Source: Octopus sinensis
Lineage: Eukaryota
Direction: 5' to 3'
Length of the DNA stretch: 64,000 nt
Assembly (NCBI RefSeq): GCF_006345805.1
Contig: NW_021824954.1
Location: 372,001 to 436,000 of the forward strand
Shown here one piece after another: positions 1-12,994 of this stretch. The position numbers and the translations under genes are program-made. How positions within the stretch are numbered: the stretch's first letter is position 1; each line of letters opens with the position of its first letter. Below the pieces are notes generated by a model. It was not told the DNA's origin, did not search any database, and saw only the letters and a program-made list of their open reading frames with translations.

Positions 1-24
1 TATATATATATATATATACATATA

Positions 25-189
25 TACGACGGGCTTCTTTCAGTTTCCATCCACCAAATCCACTCACAAGGCTTTGGTCGGCACGAGGCTATAGTAGAAG
101 ACACTTGCCCAAGGTGCGACGTAGTGGGACTGAACCCGGAACCATGTGGTTGGTAAGCAAGTTACTTACCACACAGCCACTCCTGCGCC
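25..189 (-). mobile_element. tRNA-derived SINE, family A head
   Basis: Minus strand reads GGCGCAGGAGTGGCTGTGTGGTAAG...GGTTCCGGGTTCAGTCCC (A/B-box-like). Near-identical heads at 4121, 12209 and 32549-32696. Confidence 0.8.
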
Positions 190-234
190 TAGCTACTTAT
201 ATACGTATATCTCAGCGCCTCCCACACGCAAACA

Positions 235-751
235 TACGAGTGTTGTACTGAAAGTCATACAAAAGTGGGTGTAACTTTTATTAAGTAACATAGGTCGTTC
301 AAATTGTACATGTTGGTAGTATAAATGTCAGCATGTAACTCTTGTTTCTGTTGAAGTAACTTTTCTTCCTGTTCTTCTCCATTGAAGGTGAATGATAGGT
401 TCCAAACAGAAATAATGTGCTGTCATTGAGTTCGTTAAGAACGAATTGGTGGTACATGCTGTCTGACATTCACAGAGTGCTACAAGTTGTTCACTGTAAA
501 GTCAACATTTACAAAAGCAATGTGCACACAGAGATGAAGTTTCAAGAAAAGAAAATCAACGTTGAGGACATATCCCGTAGTGAGAGACCATCAACAGCGA
601 ACACTCATACAAATCGCTTGCGAGAGGATAAATTGACTTTCACGGACCGACGAGTCACAATCCCCGACTTTTCCACAGAACAGGACTGTAGTCATAATGC
701 GTTGCAGAAGATGGTGAAAGATATGGTTGTCAAAAGTGTATGTGTGTGTAT

Positions 752-823
<72 letters not shown>

Positions 824-1483
824 AAGATGGGTACGTCGGCAGTTGACACCTGATTCGAAGGAGAGAAAGGCAAGCGTTTGTTCTAAGTCACGTCTTTTTT
901 CGATTTGGTAACAATGTATGAAACGAGGGCGTATCTTAATGATCTGAAAATGAAGACTCAGTTCATAGAATGACGTCACGCCCTTTCTTTGAGTCCTAAG
1001 AAGTTCAACGGTCAGCTATCGGTATAGAAAGTCATGGTGATTATTTTTGGGGATTTCTAGAGCCTCATTCACCTTAAATATCTGAAAAGTGGTTGCACTG
1101 TGAACAGCAAGCGGTACAGTGAGACCCTCAAAAAGCTCAGACAAGCCATTAGGAGGAAGTGACCGAAAAAGAATCTAAAGATGGTCTACAATCAACAGCA
1201 CAATGCGTAACAGCTCACACGTTTAGCCACTAATCACACAATAGGCAAATTAGGTCGGTCAGGGATCCTACATCTACGTTACAGCTAAGATCTAGCGTCC
1301 TTCACCTGTTTGGTCCAATGAAAGACAGAATACGGCGTCAGCGATATGATAAAGTGAAATTAGGAGTGAAGTCATTACAACAATACACACCTGAATATTT
1401 TCCAAAGTGGATTCGTGAGTTGGGTTCAATGATAGCATATATGCCTCGCTTGTGATAGAGATTAAGTTGATAATACCTTTGTA
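235..1483 (+). mobile_element. Degenerate near full-length mariner transposon, interrupted by (TG)n
   Basis: TIR-like start TACGAGTGTTGTACTGAAAGT. Transposase remnants KFQEKKINVEDISRSERPST and KYLKSGCTVNSKRYSETLKKLRQAIRRK. Multiple stops and frameshifts; ~1.25 kb span. Confidence 0.7.
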
Positions 1484-1664
1484 TAGAGCAAAAACTACTC
1501 TACCAATAAGAGCAGTTTGAACGACCTATATCAGTTAATAAAACTGATGCTCACATTTGCATTTTTTCGGTTCAAGGGTTTATGTGCATGTTTATGTGTA
1601 TATATGTGCTTGCGTGTATGCGCGCGCACGTGTCTGCGTGTGTGCCTGCGCGCGTGTATTTATG

Positions 1665-2496
1665 TACGAGGTCTGATCAATAAGTATCCGGACTGTTGCT
1701 ATAGTAACGAAGCTAAAGCACGCAGAGTGAAGCCGCTTGGAACAGATTTACCTTGAACTCTGCTGTGCATGCGCACTAAGTTTAACGTTCTAGCTCACTT
1801 CCGTTGTTTACAGCAGTGCTTGGAAGGAAGGTGTGTAGCGTGTGATCGTCGCATTGATCATGACAGAAAAAACTGTCATGGCGATACCTGCTGACAGGCC
1901 TACGCAAAGTCGCAGAAAGTGTTTGGGGAGGAGTGCATGAGCCACACACAAGTGTATGAGTGGGTCAGATGTTTCCAAGATGGCCAAAAATGTTGATATT
2001 GATGAACGTTCTGGGAGACCTGCAACCAGCAGAACTGAGAAAAATCTTCGCAGATATGTTTGCAGCAGTGTGGGAAAAAAGTCGAATCACAATCCGTAAG
2101 TTATTGTGCCGGATAAGTTTGTGTCAAAACTGATTTCAGCTGGCCAAAAAGACACTCGGGTTTCAGTTGCACAAGATCTCCTTGATTGTATCGAGAACGA
2201 TGCAAACTTTTTAAAAACTTTGCGTAAGCCGCTGAGCAGGAGTAGCCAAGAATTTGGCAAAATTTGATGCTGATTCTCTGCTCAGCTTTCTCTGTCATGT
2301 TCAATGTGACGATCACACGCTACACACCTTCCTTCCAAGCACTGCTGTAAACAGCAGAACTGAGCTACAACGTTAAAACTTAGGGCGCATGTACAGCAGC
2401 GTTCAAGGTCAGTCTCTGCCAAACAGCTTCACTCTGCATGCTTCATCTTCGTTACTAGATACTTATTGTCTGGATACTTATTGATCAGACTACATA
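1665..2496. mobile_element. Non-autonomous mariner derivative made of two inverted 5' ends
   Basis: Left end TACGAGGTCTGATCAATAAGTATCCGGAC; right end is its reverse complement. Transposase N-terminus on both strands: VYEWVRCFQDG...DERSGRP on plus, MTEKAEQRISIKFCQ on minus. Confidence 0.75.
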
Positions 2497-4120
2497 TGTA
2501 TTTATGTATGCATAATATATCTTATATATTTCACTGTTACCCGAAATAAGCCTCTATATCAGTGTACCTCAACCATTTTTTGACTATGGATCCTCTTTGG
2601 TTCCTGTTTTACTCGGATGGATCGTCCAAGTCATTTGAATCGTACTACATTTTGATAATTAAATATTATTTGGGAATTGTATGAAAAATAATTGTTAAAC
2701 TATTTTGTGTATTGTAGAAGTATGACCAATTTATTGCAGAAAAATTTTAACAACAAAATCTTAAATCTTATGTGGACCCCCAGGGGCCATTTGGACCCTT
2801 GTTAAGAAACACTGCTCTTTATAATTCAGCATATATTCCGCCCCCAAGTCTCTCTTTCTCCACCTCTGTCTTTCTTTAGTTCAACTTCACATCTGTCTCA
2901 CTCTCTTTCTCACTCCATTTCCGTTTTACTCTTCTTCTCTCATTTCCTCTCTCACTCCCATCTCTCTAGCTTTCTCTCTCCATCCCTCTGTACATGAAGC
3001 TGGCGGCTGTCTTTAGAAGCAGTATGTATATTCAACATAACAGATCTCCACGCAAAATATTGATTTCAACTCTGGTAAACAATTTCTCTTATTTCTCTTT
3101 CCTTTCTTTCTTCCTTACTTTCTCCTCCTTCTCCTCATCTCACCTCACATCTTCCTTCACAGACTAAACGATGTTCTATGAATAGAATTCTACTCCGTCT
3201 GCAATTAGAGGCAATGCCCCATTCTAGTGGAACACACGTGAAACTACGCAGCACATCCATAAACCGTGACGTACAAATAAAGTCGGTCATTTATTTCTGA
3301 ACGGACACAGACATAGGTGACGATATATGTGTGTGTGTATGTGTGTTTGTGCGTGTGTATGTGTGAGTGTATGTGTGTGTGTGTCTGCGTGTTTACTGCC
3401 GATGCGGGTTCAAGTCTCATGTGCAACCTTCGGTTTTTTCTATCTAAAAGTTTTTTAACCCAATATTTACACGATGTTATAAATAGGTTTATCATGTTTC
3501 GTGATTCCCTGTTCCAATACATACATACATACATACATACATACAAACATACATACATACATACACACATAAATGCATACATACACACATACATACATAC
3601 ATACATACACACATAAATGCATATTATAAAAATATATAAATAAAAATTTTGAAATAAAAACAAAATCGCTTCTTCCACAAGACACCATTGACAACTTCCC
3701 AGCATGTCATAACCAGTGTTATCTCATATCGCAGAACTATACTGTATACAACAAGTAAAACAAGCGGTCGTTTACATGTTTGTGTGTACGCGAGTGTGTC
3801 TATGTATACTTCTGCGCGCGCGCGCGCACGTGTGTATGTTCACATACATTCATACTCACATATATACAGATATACATTTATATATAAAAGATAAAAGGGG
3901 ATTAAAATCCGGGCTGTATCCTCAGTAAGTACATCTGCGAATACCGGCTATCAAAGTGTATATCTGAAGATGTTTTATGTTAAAAATTATCTGTCTGCCT
4001 GCCTGTCTGCCGGTCTGCCTAGTTTATACGCTACAAATACATAGGACATTACTCCCTTTTTCTTAAAACCAGTTTCCTTTTCTAATTTCAATTGATTTAC
4101 ATACATACAATGACAATAGA

Positions 4121-4273
4121 TGCAAGAGTGGCTGTGTGGTATGTAGCTTGCTTACCAACCGCATGGTTCCGGGTTCAGTCCCACTGCGTGGCACTATGGG
4201 CAAGTGTCTTCTATAGATTCGGGCCTTGTGAGTGGATTTGGAAGACGAAACTGAAAGAAGCACGTCATATATA

Positions 4274-4327
<54 letters not shown>

Positions 4328-4570
4328 GTGTGTGTGTGTATGTGTGTGTGTGTGTATATATATGTGTGTGTGTGTTTGTGTTCTGTGTTTGTCCTCCCCA
4401 ACATCGCTTAACAACCGATGTTGCTGCGTTCACGTCCCTGTAACTTAGCTGTTCGGCAAAAGACACCGATAGAATGAGTACTACGCTTACAAAGAATAAG
4501 TCCTGGGGTCGATTTGCTCTACTAAAGGCGATGCTCCAGCATTGTCGCAGTCAAAGTGACTGAAACAAGT
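4121..4570 (+). mobile_element. Full composite SINE family A (tRNA head, internal microsatellite, 3' body)
   Basis: Head GCAAGAGTGGCTGTGTGGTATG...GGTTCAGTCCC, a (TA)/(TG) tract at 4267-4378, then a 3' module ending GACTGAAACAAG. Confidence 0.8.
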
Positions 4571-5806
4571 ATGCATGCATACCTACCCACCTACCTACCT
4601 ACATACATACATACATAAACATGATTTGATAAGGATGTGTGATGTGTGTGTGTGCGTGCGCGCGCGCGTATGTTGGCGGATTGCAGACACTTTTCCTTGA
4701 GTCATAATTAGTTGACAAATGAAACATTTTTGTTATATGTTTTAGGTTTCATTGTCATCATTTCATTTTTATCTCATACTTTCACATTGTTTGCTGTTAG
4801 ACTTGTTGCAATCGTCGTGGTCATCGTGGTCATCGCTATAATCACCTTTTGTCTTCGTTGTTGTTGTTGATGTTATTGTCATTGTTCATGTCGCTTGAAA
4901 TATATAAATATTTCTTCCCAGGACCATATTTGCAGGCAGTATTTCACATAACTATCATTAAGGTATTCCAGACTTGTATAAAATGACAGATGTCACCATG
5001 AAAGAAAAAAAAGAAGGAAAACACCACAAAATAACCACCACCATCGAAAACAATCCAAAAACAAGAACTACAAATGCATATAAATAAAGAAAAACTAAAA
5101 TGAAATAAAAAGCAAATGGGAAAATAAAAGCAAAGAAAATATATAGTAAAAACAATAATTCAGAATATTAATTACAAACATAAAATAATATATTAAAAAT
5201 AACAAACAGAAGCAGTGACATACTTATATACAGATAGACATATTGTAAGCGTGTTGAATGAAATGACTGTAATATATGAATATAGGCGATTAATAGCAAG
5301 GGACTCGTTATCAGATGATGTGGAGAGTAGTTGTTTAGATCCATCTCAGGGTTGGCCAAGTAGAGCTATGATCAACGGTTTCCCTCCCCTCCCAACACAA
5401 CCACTTTATTTGATGTATCATTAACTACATTGTGCCTACGATGTCCAATGTGTCCTTCCTTAATTTTTTTTGAAGATGGTAGATTGACTAATTTGAAGGA
5501 GATTTTGGCTGTTATTTCTAGCGTGTCGAACGACCACAGAGAGGCTCCTTTGTCTTGTTCAAATTCGCCCAATCCATTCACTTGCGTAAATGAAAGTTCT
5601 CCTTTGAGTGACGAATTGCTAGTTCTTGAGGACCATGTGTCCACATAAAACTGTGTGGTGGTTATTATTTCCACACTGGAAGCAAGTTCAAATTCTTTTC
5701 ACTTGTTCAGTGTTGTTAACATTTAAATTAAAATCAATATGCACGGATGTTATCTTGTATCGAACTGAAGATCCTCAAAATACTTATTGGGCAGCACAGA
5801 TCAATA

Positions 5807-6021
5807 TTGGTTTCAAATTTTGAACACAAAACCAGCAGGTTTGAGGGAGGGAATAAGTGGATTATATCGCCCCAGCACGCAATTGGTACTTATTTTATCG
5901 ATTCCAAACGGATGGAAGGCGAAGTCAACCCCGGTGGAATTTGAACTCGGAATGTAAAGACAGATAAAATGCTGCTAAGCATTTTGCTCGGCGTGTTAAC
6001 GGGTCTGCCAGCTCGCCGCCT
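5807..6021 (-). mobile_element. tRNA-derived SINE, family B
   Basis: Minus strand GGCGGCGAGCTGGCAGA...GAGTTCAAATTCC...TTCGATAAAATAAGTACC. Homologous copies near 8880, 17330, 24230, 24570, 38075, 54900, 55436 and 61260. Confidence 0.8.
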
Positions 6022-6993
6022 TAGTACAGACCAATATTAAATATACTATCTTTTTCTCTTATGATAAAATTGTAAACAAAGTTTGGTGGTGGAGAAAGAA
6101 TTGGTTACCTCCAATTGGCTGAAGATCTGGCTGTTATTTCTAGCAGGTCGAGAAGCCACGTAAAGACTTCTTGTGTGTTGGAGATGAGATGGTATGTCAG
6201 CAATCTAGGCATATGATTAGCTAAACTTACATTAAGTTAAAGGCTTGTAAGTTCTTTATTATTAACTTGAAATAAATGAATGTAATTTTCGTCACCAGCA
6301 AAATAATGATGAGATGTTCATAAATGAAGTGTTCAGTGCCGTCCATTTCCTTCATGTCTAGTTTTATATCACAGTGATCTTGCCCTTGACACATCCTTTA
6401 ACAAAAGCTAAGGGGTGCTGCATTCCCAATGGGCTTCCAGCACGCCGGATACCAACCCAGAATTCTCGAGGGGCAGTGCTGTTGTCTGAACCTACACTAG
6501 GTTCTTCTGTTATTTTGACAGGCCTTGTTTTTAGTCCTAGGTTTCTAGCTACCCTCCTCAACAGGCAAGCCTAGTGGTGGTGCCGGGTTAGTTAAATGGC
6601 CGACGGCCTGACCATGCAACAAGTTGTACTGCTTTCCATGTCACCGGTAGCACTTATGAGAAACCTCACAAGTGACATTACATTACACACACGCGCGCGC
6701 ACACATAGATATGTACATATGTAACTCAGGGTCTGAATAGCAACTATATTGCAAGAAACAAGAGTTAAAACCCTTAAAGCTGTATGAAGCGCGCAATATA
6801 ATACACTGACAGGGGAGATAACCACCCCATGAGCGAAGCTAGGAACATTGAACTAGACTAGTTTCATCTATCAGTTCTAGACTCGTAAGCAGTGCCTACT
6901 CTATCACTCGGACGGTTAAGCTAAATCGATCTGTCAGTATATATTTACCATATAAATTTATTTGTGATTTAGCGAAATGCTAATGTGTATACT

Positions 6994-7272
6994 AAAAATT
7001 AATATAAAAAGCTAGGAGCAATACAAGGCCGTAAAAGAAAAATTTGATCGTCACTAATTCTGATTGTGTGTGCTGAATAGCACCTCTATTGCAAGAAATA
7101 AGAGTTAAAACCCTTAATGATGTATGAAGCACACAATATATATATATATATATATATATATACACTAACTGGGGAGATAACCGACCTATTAGCAATGGAA
7201 TAGGCACTTTTGACGAGTCTAGAACTGATAGGCGAAACTAGTTTAGTCCAGTGCTCCTGTCTGTATATATAT

Positions 7273-7325
<53 letters not shown>

Positions 7326-7467
7326 TGTGCGCTTCATGCAACATTAAGAGTTTTAACTCTTATTTCTTGCAATATAGGTACTAATCAGCACCCTCAGTCA
7401 CAATTAGTGACGATTACATTTTCCCTTTATGGTCTTATATTGCGCCTAGCTATTTATATTAATTTTT
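6994..7467. mobile_element. MITE-like element with ~145 bp imperfect terminal inverted repeats; partial second copy at ~6730-6940
   Basis: 6994-7140 is the diverged reverse complement of ~7325-7467. The short core (GACGAGTCTAGAACTGATAGG) appears in opposite orientation at ~6855-6900. Confidence 0.6.
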
Positions 7468-7469
7468 AC

Positions 7470-7471
<2 letters not shown>

Positions 7472-7500
<29 letters not shown>

Positions 7501-7645
7501 CGTATGTATGTATGTATGTATGTATGTATGTATGTATGTATGTATGTATGTATGTATGTATGTATGTATGTATGTATGTATGTATGTATGTATGTATGTA
7601 TGTATGTATGTATGTATGTATGTATGTATGTATGTATGTATGTGT
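7472..7645. repeat. (TATG)n microsatellite
   Basis: Long, near-perfect tetranucleotide run. Confidence 0.95.
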
Positions 7646-7756
7646 GTATGTATGTATGTGTGTGTGTGTGTGCGTATATATATATATATATATATATACA
7701 TATACACATATATATGTATATGTATGTGTCTGTGTGAGTGTGTGTATTATGAAGAC

Positions 7757-8057
7757 TGGCACTCCGTCGGTTACGGCAACGAGGGCTCCATCTGATCCGG
7801 TCAACGGAGCAGCCTGCTTGGGAAATTAATGTGGAAGTGGCTGAGCACTCCACAGACACGCGTACCCTTAACGTAGTTCTCAGGGATTTTCAGCGTGTTA
7901 CAGAATGTGACAAGGCTGGTTCTTTGAATTACAGGTACTACTCATTTTTGCCAGCTGAGTTGACTGGAGCAACGAGAAATATAGTGTCTTGTTCAAGAAC
8001 ACAATGCGTCGCCGAGAATTGAACTCACAACCTTACGATGGTGAGCCGAATACCCCT
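7757..8057 (-). mobile_element. tRNA-derived SINE, family D
   Basis: Minus strand has a tRNA-like head (GGTATTCGGCTCACCATCGTAAGGTTGTGAGTTCAATTCTCGG) followed by TTGAACAAGACACT...TGCTCCAGTCAACTCAGCTGGCAAAAATGAG. Confidence 0.65.
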
Positions 8058-9840
8058 ATACACTAAAACAATATGTGTGTGTGTGTGTGTGTGTGTATGC
8101 ATATGTATGTAGGTGTATTCTTGTAAAGGTTTCAAGACAGATGACGAGACGGAAAAAAAAGGAAAGCCTATGTAAAGTCTCTGTCATTACCCTACCATTA
8201 CCATCCCCACCCAGATGTGTTCCACTGCTGAGTGCAAATCGAGTGCAAACCGATTATTTCACAGTGTGCATTTTAAAATATTTTTATTATAATTATTCTG
8301 ATAGACATGTGTCATATGTGTGTGTGTGTGTGTGTGTTTGAGTTTGTGTGTGTATGCACGCGCGCGCACACACACATACACACACATACACCCTCTCCAT
8401 TTAACCACTACGTTTTGGTGCATGCATATGGTTGTCTTTAAACTATAACATCTGTAGATCTGAGTGTAATTACATGAGAGTATGTGTGCAGTTACCCATA
8501 TGCATCTGTATGTGTGTTTTCTTTGCATGAATTTGTACGTGTCTGTTGTGCCTGATATTGTGGTTGTGTATTAACGGATGATATTTGTATGTAAACGTTA
8601 TAATATATCTTTTATCTTTTACTTGTGTCAGTCAATACATTGCCGTCATGTTAGGACACCTCCTTGAAGTGATCACTCAAACAAATCGATCCTAGAAAAT
8701 ATTTTTACCGAACCGCTAGTTCACGGGAAAGTAAACAAATCAACATCAGTTGTCAATCCGTGGTTGGGGACAAACACAAGCACAAAGGCATACACACATA
8801 CATACATGCATACATACATACATACATACATAAGCTACTACTATATTTGTTCCTAGTGCAAGTCAGTTACTAATAATGGTTTCAAATTTTGGCACAAAGT
8901 CAGCATTTTTTGGGAGGGAATAAGTCGGTTATATCGATTCCGGTACTCAACTGATATTTATTTTATCGAACCCGAAAGAATGAAAAGCAAAGGCGACCAG
9001 GTCGGCATTTGAACTCAGAATGTAACGTCGGAAGTGTGGTAGGAGTTAAATTTGTCTTTAGTGGTTAAAATATATCACAAACACATCTATGCGTGCAGAA
9101 ATTTACACAGAGATAAAGTAAGAGTGAATGGGGAGAGATTACAGTTTATTCATTGAACACGATTGACATAAACACCTCTCTTCTCATATATATAAAAAAT
9201 ATCCTCATACAGGAAAGCAGACGCGCGCGCACACACACACACAAATAGAACAAAGGAGAACGAGAAAAACTATAGAACTCTAATGTCAAATAAGTCAGCG
9301 TCAAATCATCAGCGATGCCAAATAATATAATCGCAGCTGATACTAATGTCAGTTACTACCACAAAATTGCTATATTAAACTAATGAATATTTATCAATAA
9401 ATTTTAGTCAAAACTTTATGTATTAGGTTAATACACTTTGTATGTAATAAATATATATAATATCTATGTAATAGCTATATCTATGGGATAACTATATATT
9501 TTTGTCAATACTGCATGCAATAGATAAATGTAAGCATATTTTTGATGCACCCTTAACAAACAAGTGATTGCATCTGTAAATATCTATAAATATAAGTAGT
9601 ATTGGCTACAATCTATAATTAATAAATTTAGGGTAGCAAAAAATTCTAGAAAAATTCTCCGCTATCAGCGGTCAAGTGAGAAAGAAAAAGATAGTCAATA
9701 GACTATATAATATACATTCAAACATATAAGGGATGGCTATAATAGAACATCCGACTCACTAGAAAGAGCAGCTAAACTCCAAACCACTAATAGTTGTAAT
9801 TCTGAAATGGAAAGAGAAATAAAAACGTTTACCCTTTCCG

Positions 9841-9931
9841 TTCTGGACTATGCATAGTTTCGGCAATATTTTGTAAACAAATTAAATTAAATTAAATTTA
9901 TTTACCACTGGCGTTGCACTCATCAGCAGAA
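9841..9931 (-). ncRNA. Type I hammerhead ribozyme motif (Penelope-type, palindromic helix III)
   Basis: Minus strand: TTCTG-CTGATGA-G...C-GAAAC-TATGCATA-GTC-CAGAA. Stem I TTCTG/CAGAA; helix II closed by G-C; helix III palindrome ACTATGCATAGT; GUC cleavage triplet. Confidence 0.75.
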
Positions 9932-10124
9932 AAGACAAGGACTATCATATATTCACGAGGCGATAACGAGCATGCCTCGAGTCTATATGCTATAAATTTT
10001 CAAAATCCACCGCATTCGCGCGGTTTACTCAGCAGTAAATATAAACTGCCGATTTAATTTCAAAATTAGCCAAAAAATCATTAATTAATAAATTTTAGGG
10101 TAGCAAAAAAATTGTAAACATGAT

Positions 10125-10950
10125 CAGGGCTTTACATCAAGATATGACGGCTAGAGTTAATCTTAATGGTCGACTTTCTGAATCTTTTGCCATGGAAAAT
10201 TGAGTAAAGCAAGGCGACCTTGATGCACCCACCCACTTTGCAATATAGTTTGCTGTTATGCTGTCACACGCTTTTCAAAACTTTGAGGAGGGTATTTATA
10301 TAAAATATCAAACAATAGGGAATGTTTTTAAACTGACTAGACTCAAATTCAAAACAAAAGTCTTTATTTTACTCATTAGGGAACTACTTATGATGAACGC
10401 GATATTTTTGGTGTTAATTCCACAAAGTCTACATCGGTTTTCACATTTTGGCGTTTTTCCGATATCTCTGTCCATTAAGGGCGCCAAGAATTTGGTTGCT
10501 ATTTCCTGTTTCTGGATTGCACTTTCTTCAGAGTAAGAGTTAGTGATACGGTTGTTGGTCCATGACATCAATGTCCCTATTATCCCGTAGCTTTCTGTTA
10601 ATAAAGCCATGCATGGTCTTTATCTGATATACGCTTATCCTTTCATTTGATGATACGTTGCGGTAGAGTCGTGAAACTTATTTGGGCATGTATACAAAGT
10701 TATCACGCAAGGAGTGTTTCTCGAGGAACTACTTTCCAAGTCTCAATATGTTATCTGCCTCGTCTATGCAAATTTGATGAGGAATGCACTTCGACACTTG
10801 GTGGTTAAAGGAAGTTTTCGAAGGGATATGATGTGACATTCAAAGGCAGTATGGGTCAAAGTTAAGCTTCCTTGTTTTCTATGTAGGTAGAGGCTGTCTA
10901 CACAGCTGTTGATGTGAAAATTATTTGTGTAGGTCAGTATCTTCCAGGTT
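10125..10950 (+). mobile_element. Degenerate RTE-clade LINE RT fragment, interrupted by an R4/Dong-like fragment (~10400-10720, minus)
   Basis: Plus strand ARVNLNGRLSESFAMENGVKQGDLDAPTHF...LLIRELL. Minus-strand insert AIQKQEIATKFL...RCRLCG. Confidence 0.55.
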
Positions 10951-11858
10951 TTCACATTAATGGCTCGAATCCCATCAAGCTTCCAAGTAAGTAGTCCAAA
11001 TGTATTTTTGCACGTACGTATGTATGTATGTGTTCTTGTTTTCTGCTTTTGTGTGTATGTATGTGTGTGTGCGTGTGCGTGAGTGAGCGATGCGTGCGTG
11101 CGTGCGCGTATGCGTGTATGCGTGTATGTATTCGTACGTGCTTGCGTGCGCGTGTATGCATGGGACTAGCCGGGCGGTTTATTGCAATACTAATGATTGT
11201 TCGTTCACGGTTTTCCTAAATTGGTTGCACCAGATTTCATTATGATAAATATTTGGCAAACATAAATATTATCTCACAATTATTTTAATTTTGACTTTTT
11301 TGCAAATTAGATGGTTAATGATGGTGAGATCTAAATAATTGAAAACTTCTTGGGTTAGAATTTTGACTACGCCCATATAACAGACGATTATTTAACATGA
11401 ATTAGCGCGAAAGAAATGTTCAAGGTCCCCGTTTATGAGTAATCTGTGTTTTGAGGTCATAAGATCAGACAGATCAGTTACTCAACTTGTTTATATTTTC
11501 TTTCAATTAAATTTCGTCGTTTTAGCAGATGTGAGTTAGAAGGTCTAGTAAATTGTGACTTTCAAATAAGAGCTTTACTTTCATTGTTACAAGAGTTTCT
11601 TATTCTACATCCACTCTCAACATGCTTCCTGCTTCTCTTTACTTGGCGCCTTTGTCTGTTCGTCGCTCTCACCCTCTCTATCTCTACTACTTTCTCTCTT
11701 ACTTTATCTCTCTCCTTCTCTCTCTCTCTCTATGAATGTATATATAAACGATTAGGTACGAGAAACAGCTGTAAGATTTTGAATTTCTCCCTATAATAAT
11801 ATTGTGAACGACTTGAGATATTTGCCTTGCCTTAATATTTGCTGACCTGTTCAACAAT

Positions 11859-11891
<33 letters not shown>

Positions 11892-12146
11892 TATAATATA
11901 TATAATATATATATATATATATATGGGAAGCAAGCTTCTTACCACACAGCCAAGCCTTCGCCTATATATATATATATTATATATATATATATACTTTATT
12001 TTAAGCAGCAGAAAATTCAACAAAATCTGTCAGATTTTGTTGAATGTTCGCTGCTTAAAATAAAGCATATTACTCTACCACTGGTATTTGAGTACTCTTT
12101 TTTCCACCTTATTTCACATTTATGTGTTTACTCCGGTATATATATA

Positions 12147-12187
<41 letters not shown>

Positions 12188-12208
12188 TATATATATATAT
12201 ATATATAT

Positions 12209-12362
12209 AGGCGTAGGCTTTGCAGTGTGGTAAGAAGCTTTCTTCCCAGCCACATTGTTCAGGGTCCAGTCCCACTGCGTGACACCCTGAGCAAGTGTCT
12301 TCTACTATAGTCTCGGACCGACCAAAGCCTTGAGAGTAGATTTGTCAGACGGAAACTGTCGT
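12209..12362 (+). mobile_element. SINE family A head
   Basis: GGCGTAGGCTTTGCAGTGTGGTAAG...CAGTCCCACTGCG...GACGGAAACTG, matching the other family A copies. Confidence 0.75.
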
Positions 12363-12954
12363 ATATATATATATATATATATAAAGAGGGATAAGTTGAG
12401 CAGAGGCAATTATGCGGATAAACAAATAAAAAATATTAAATATAACAACTTGGGTATGAAATGCAAAATACGTATATATGTATACATGCAAAACAAGAGA
12501 AAGCAAAGAGTGAAAACTTTCAGACGATGTATATTTAAGTATAAATATATAGATATTTATATTAAAAGATCCAACTTACACAGTGTACAAATGACAGAGA
12601 CAATTAAAGGGAAAAAGTAAGGTGTTATAAATCCAACCGCTGTTGTTTCTGGAGGCTCGGTGATCCATCATAATGTTGGTAGATGTAGTTTATCACGACC
12701 ATAATGGAAGCAATCAACGTAGGATAAATTGAGCCTCCGTCATCAGGATAGAAAAGGGTCTTACATTTGAGAACATAATGCAGAGAAGTTCAAAGTTGGA
12801 ATGATTAAATGTGGAGAGCAAGCAGAGTTAGAGGGAGAAAATAAGACGGTTAAAAGTACATAAAATTATGTTACTGTACAATAAATAAGAAAAAAAGCAT
12901 ATAAAATCATACGTACAGTAAATGTTAAGATACACACCATTTACGTATTGGTAA

Positions 12955-12957
<3 letters not shown>

Positions 12958-12994
<37 letters not shown>

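Noticed and set aside
7251-7859. Many long ORFs in the track (for example the 192 aa MYVC repeats; also 417-911, 15881-16373, 23446-23736, 55149-55525)
   Set aside because: They are translations of stop-free microsatellites, not genes.
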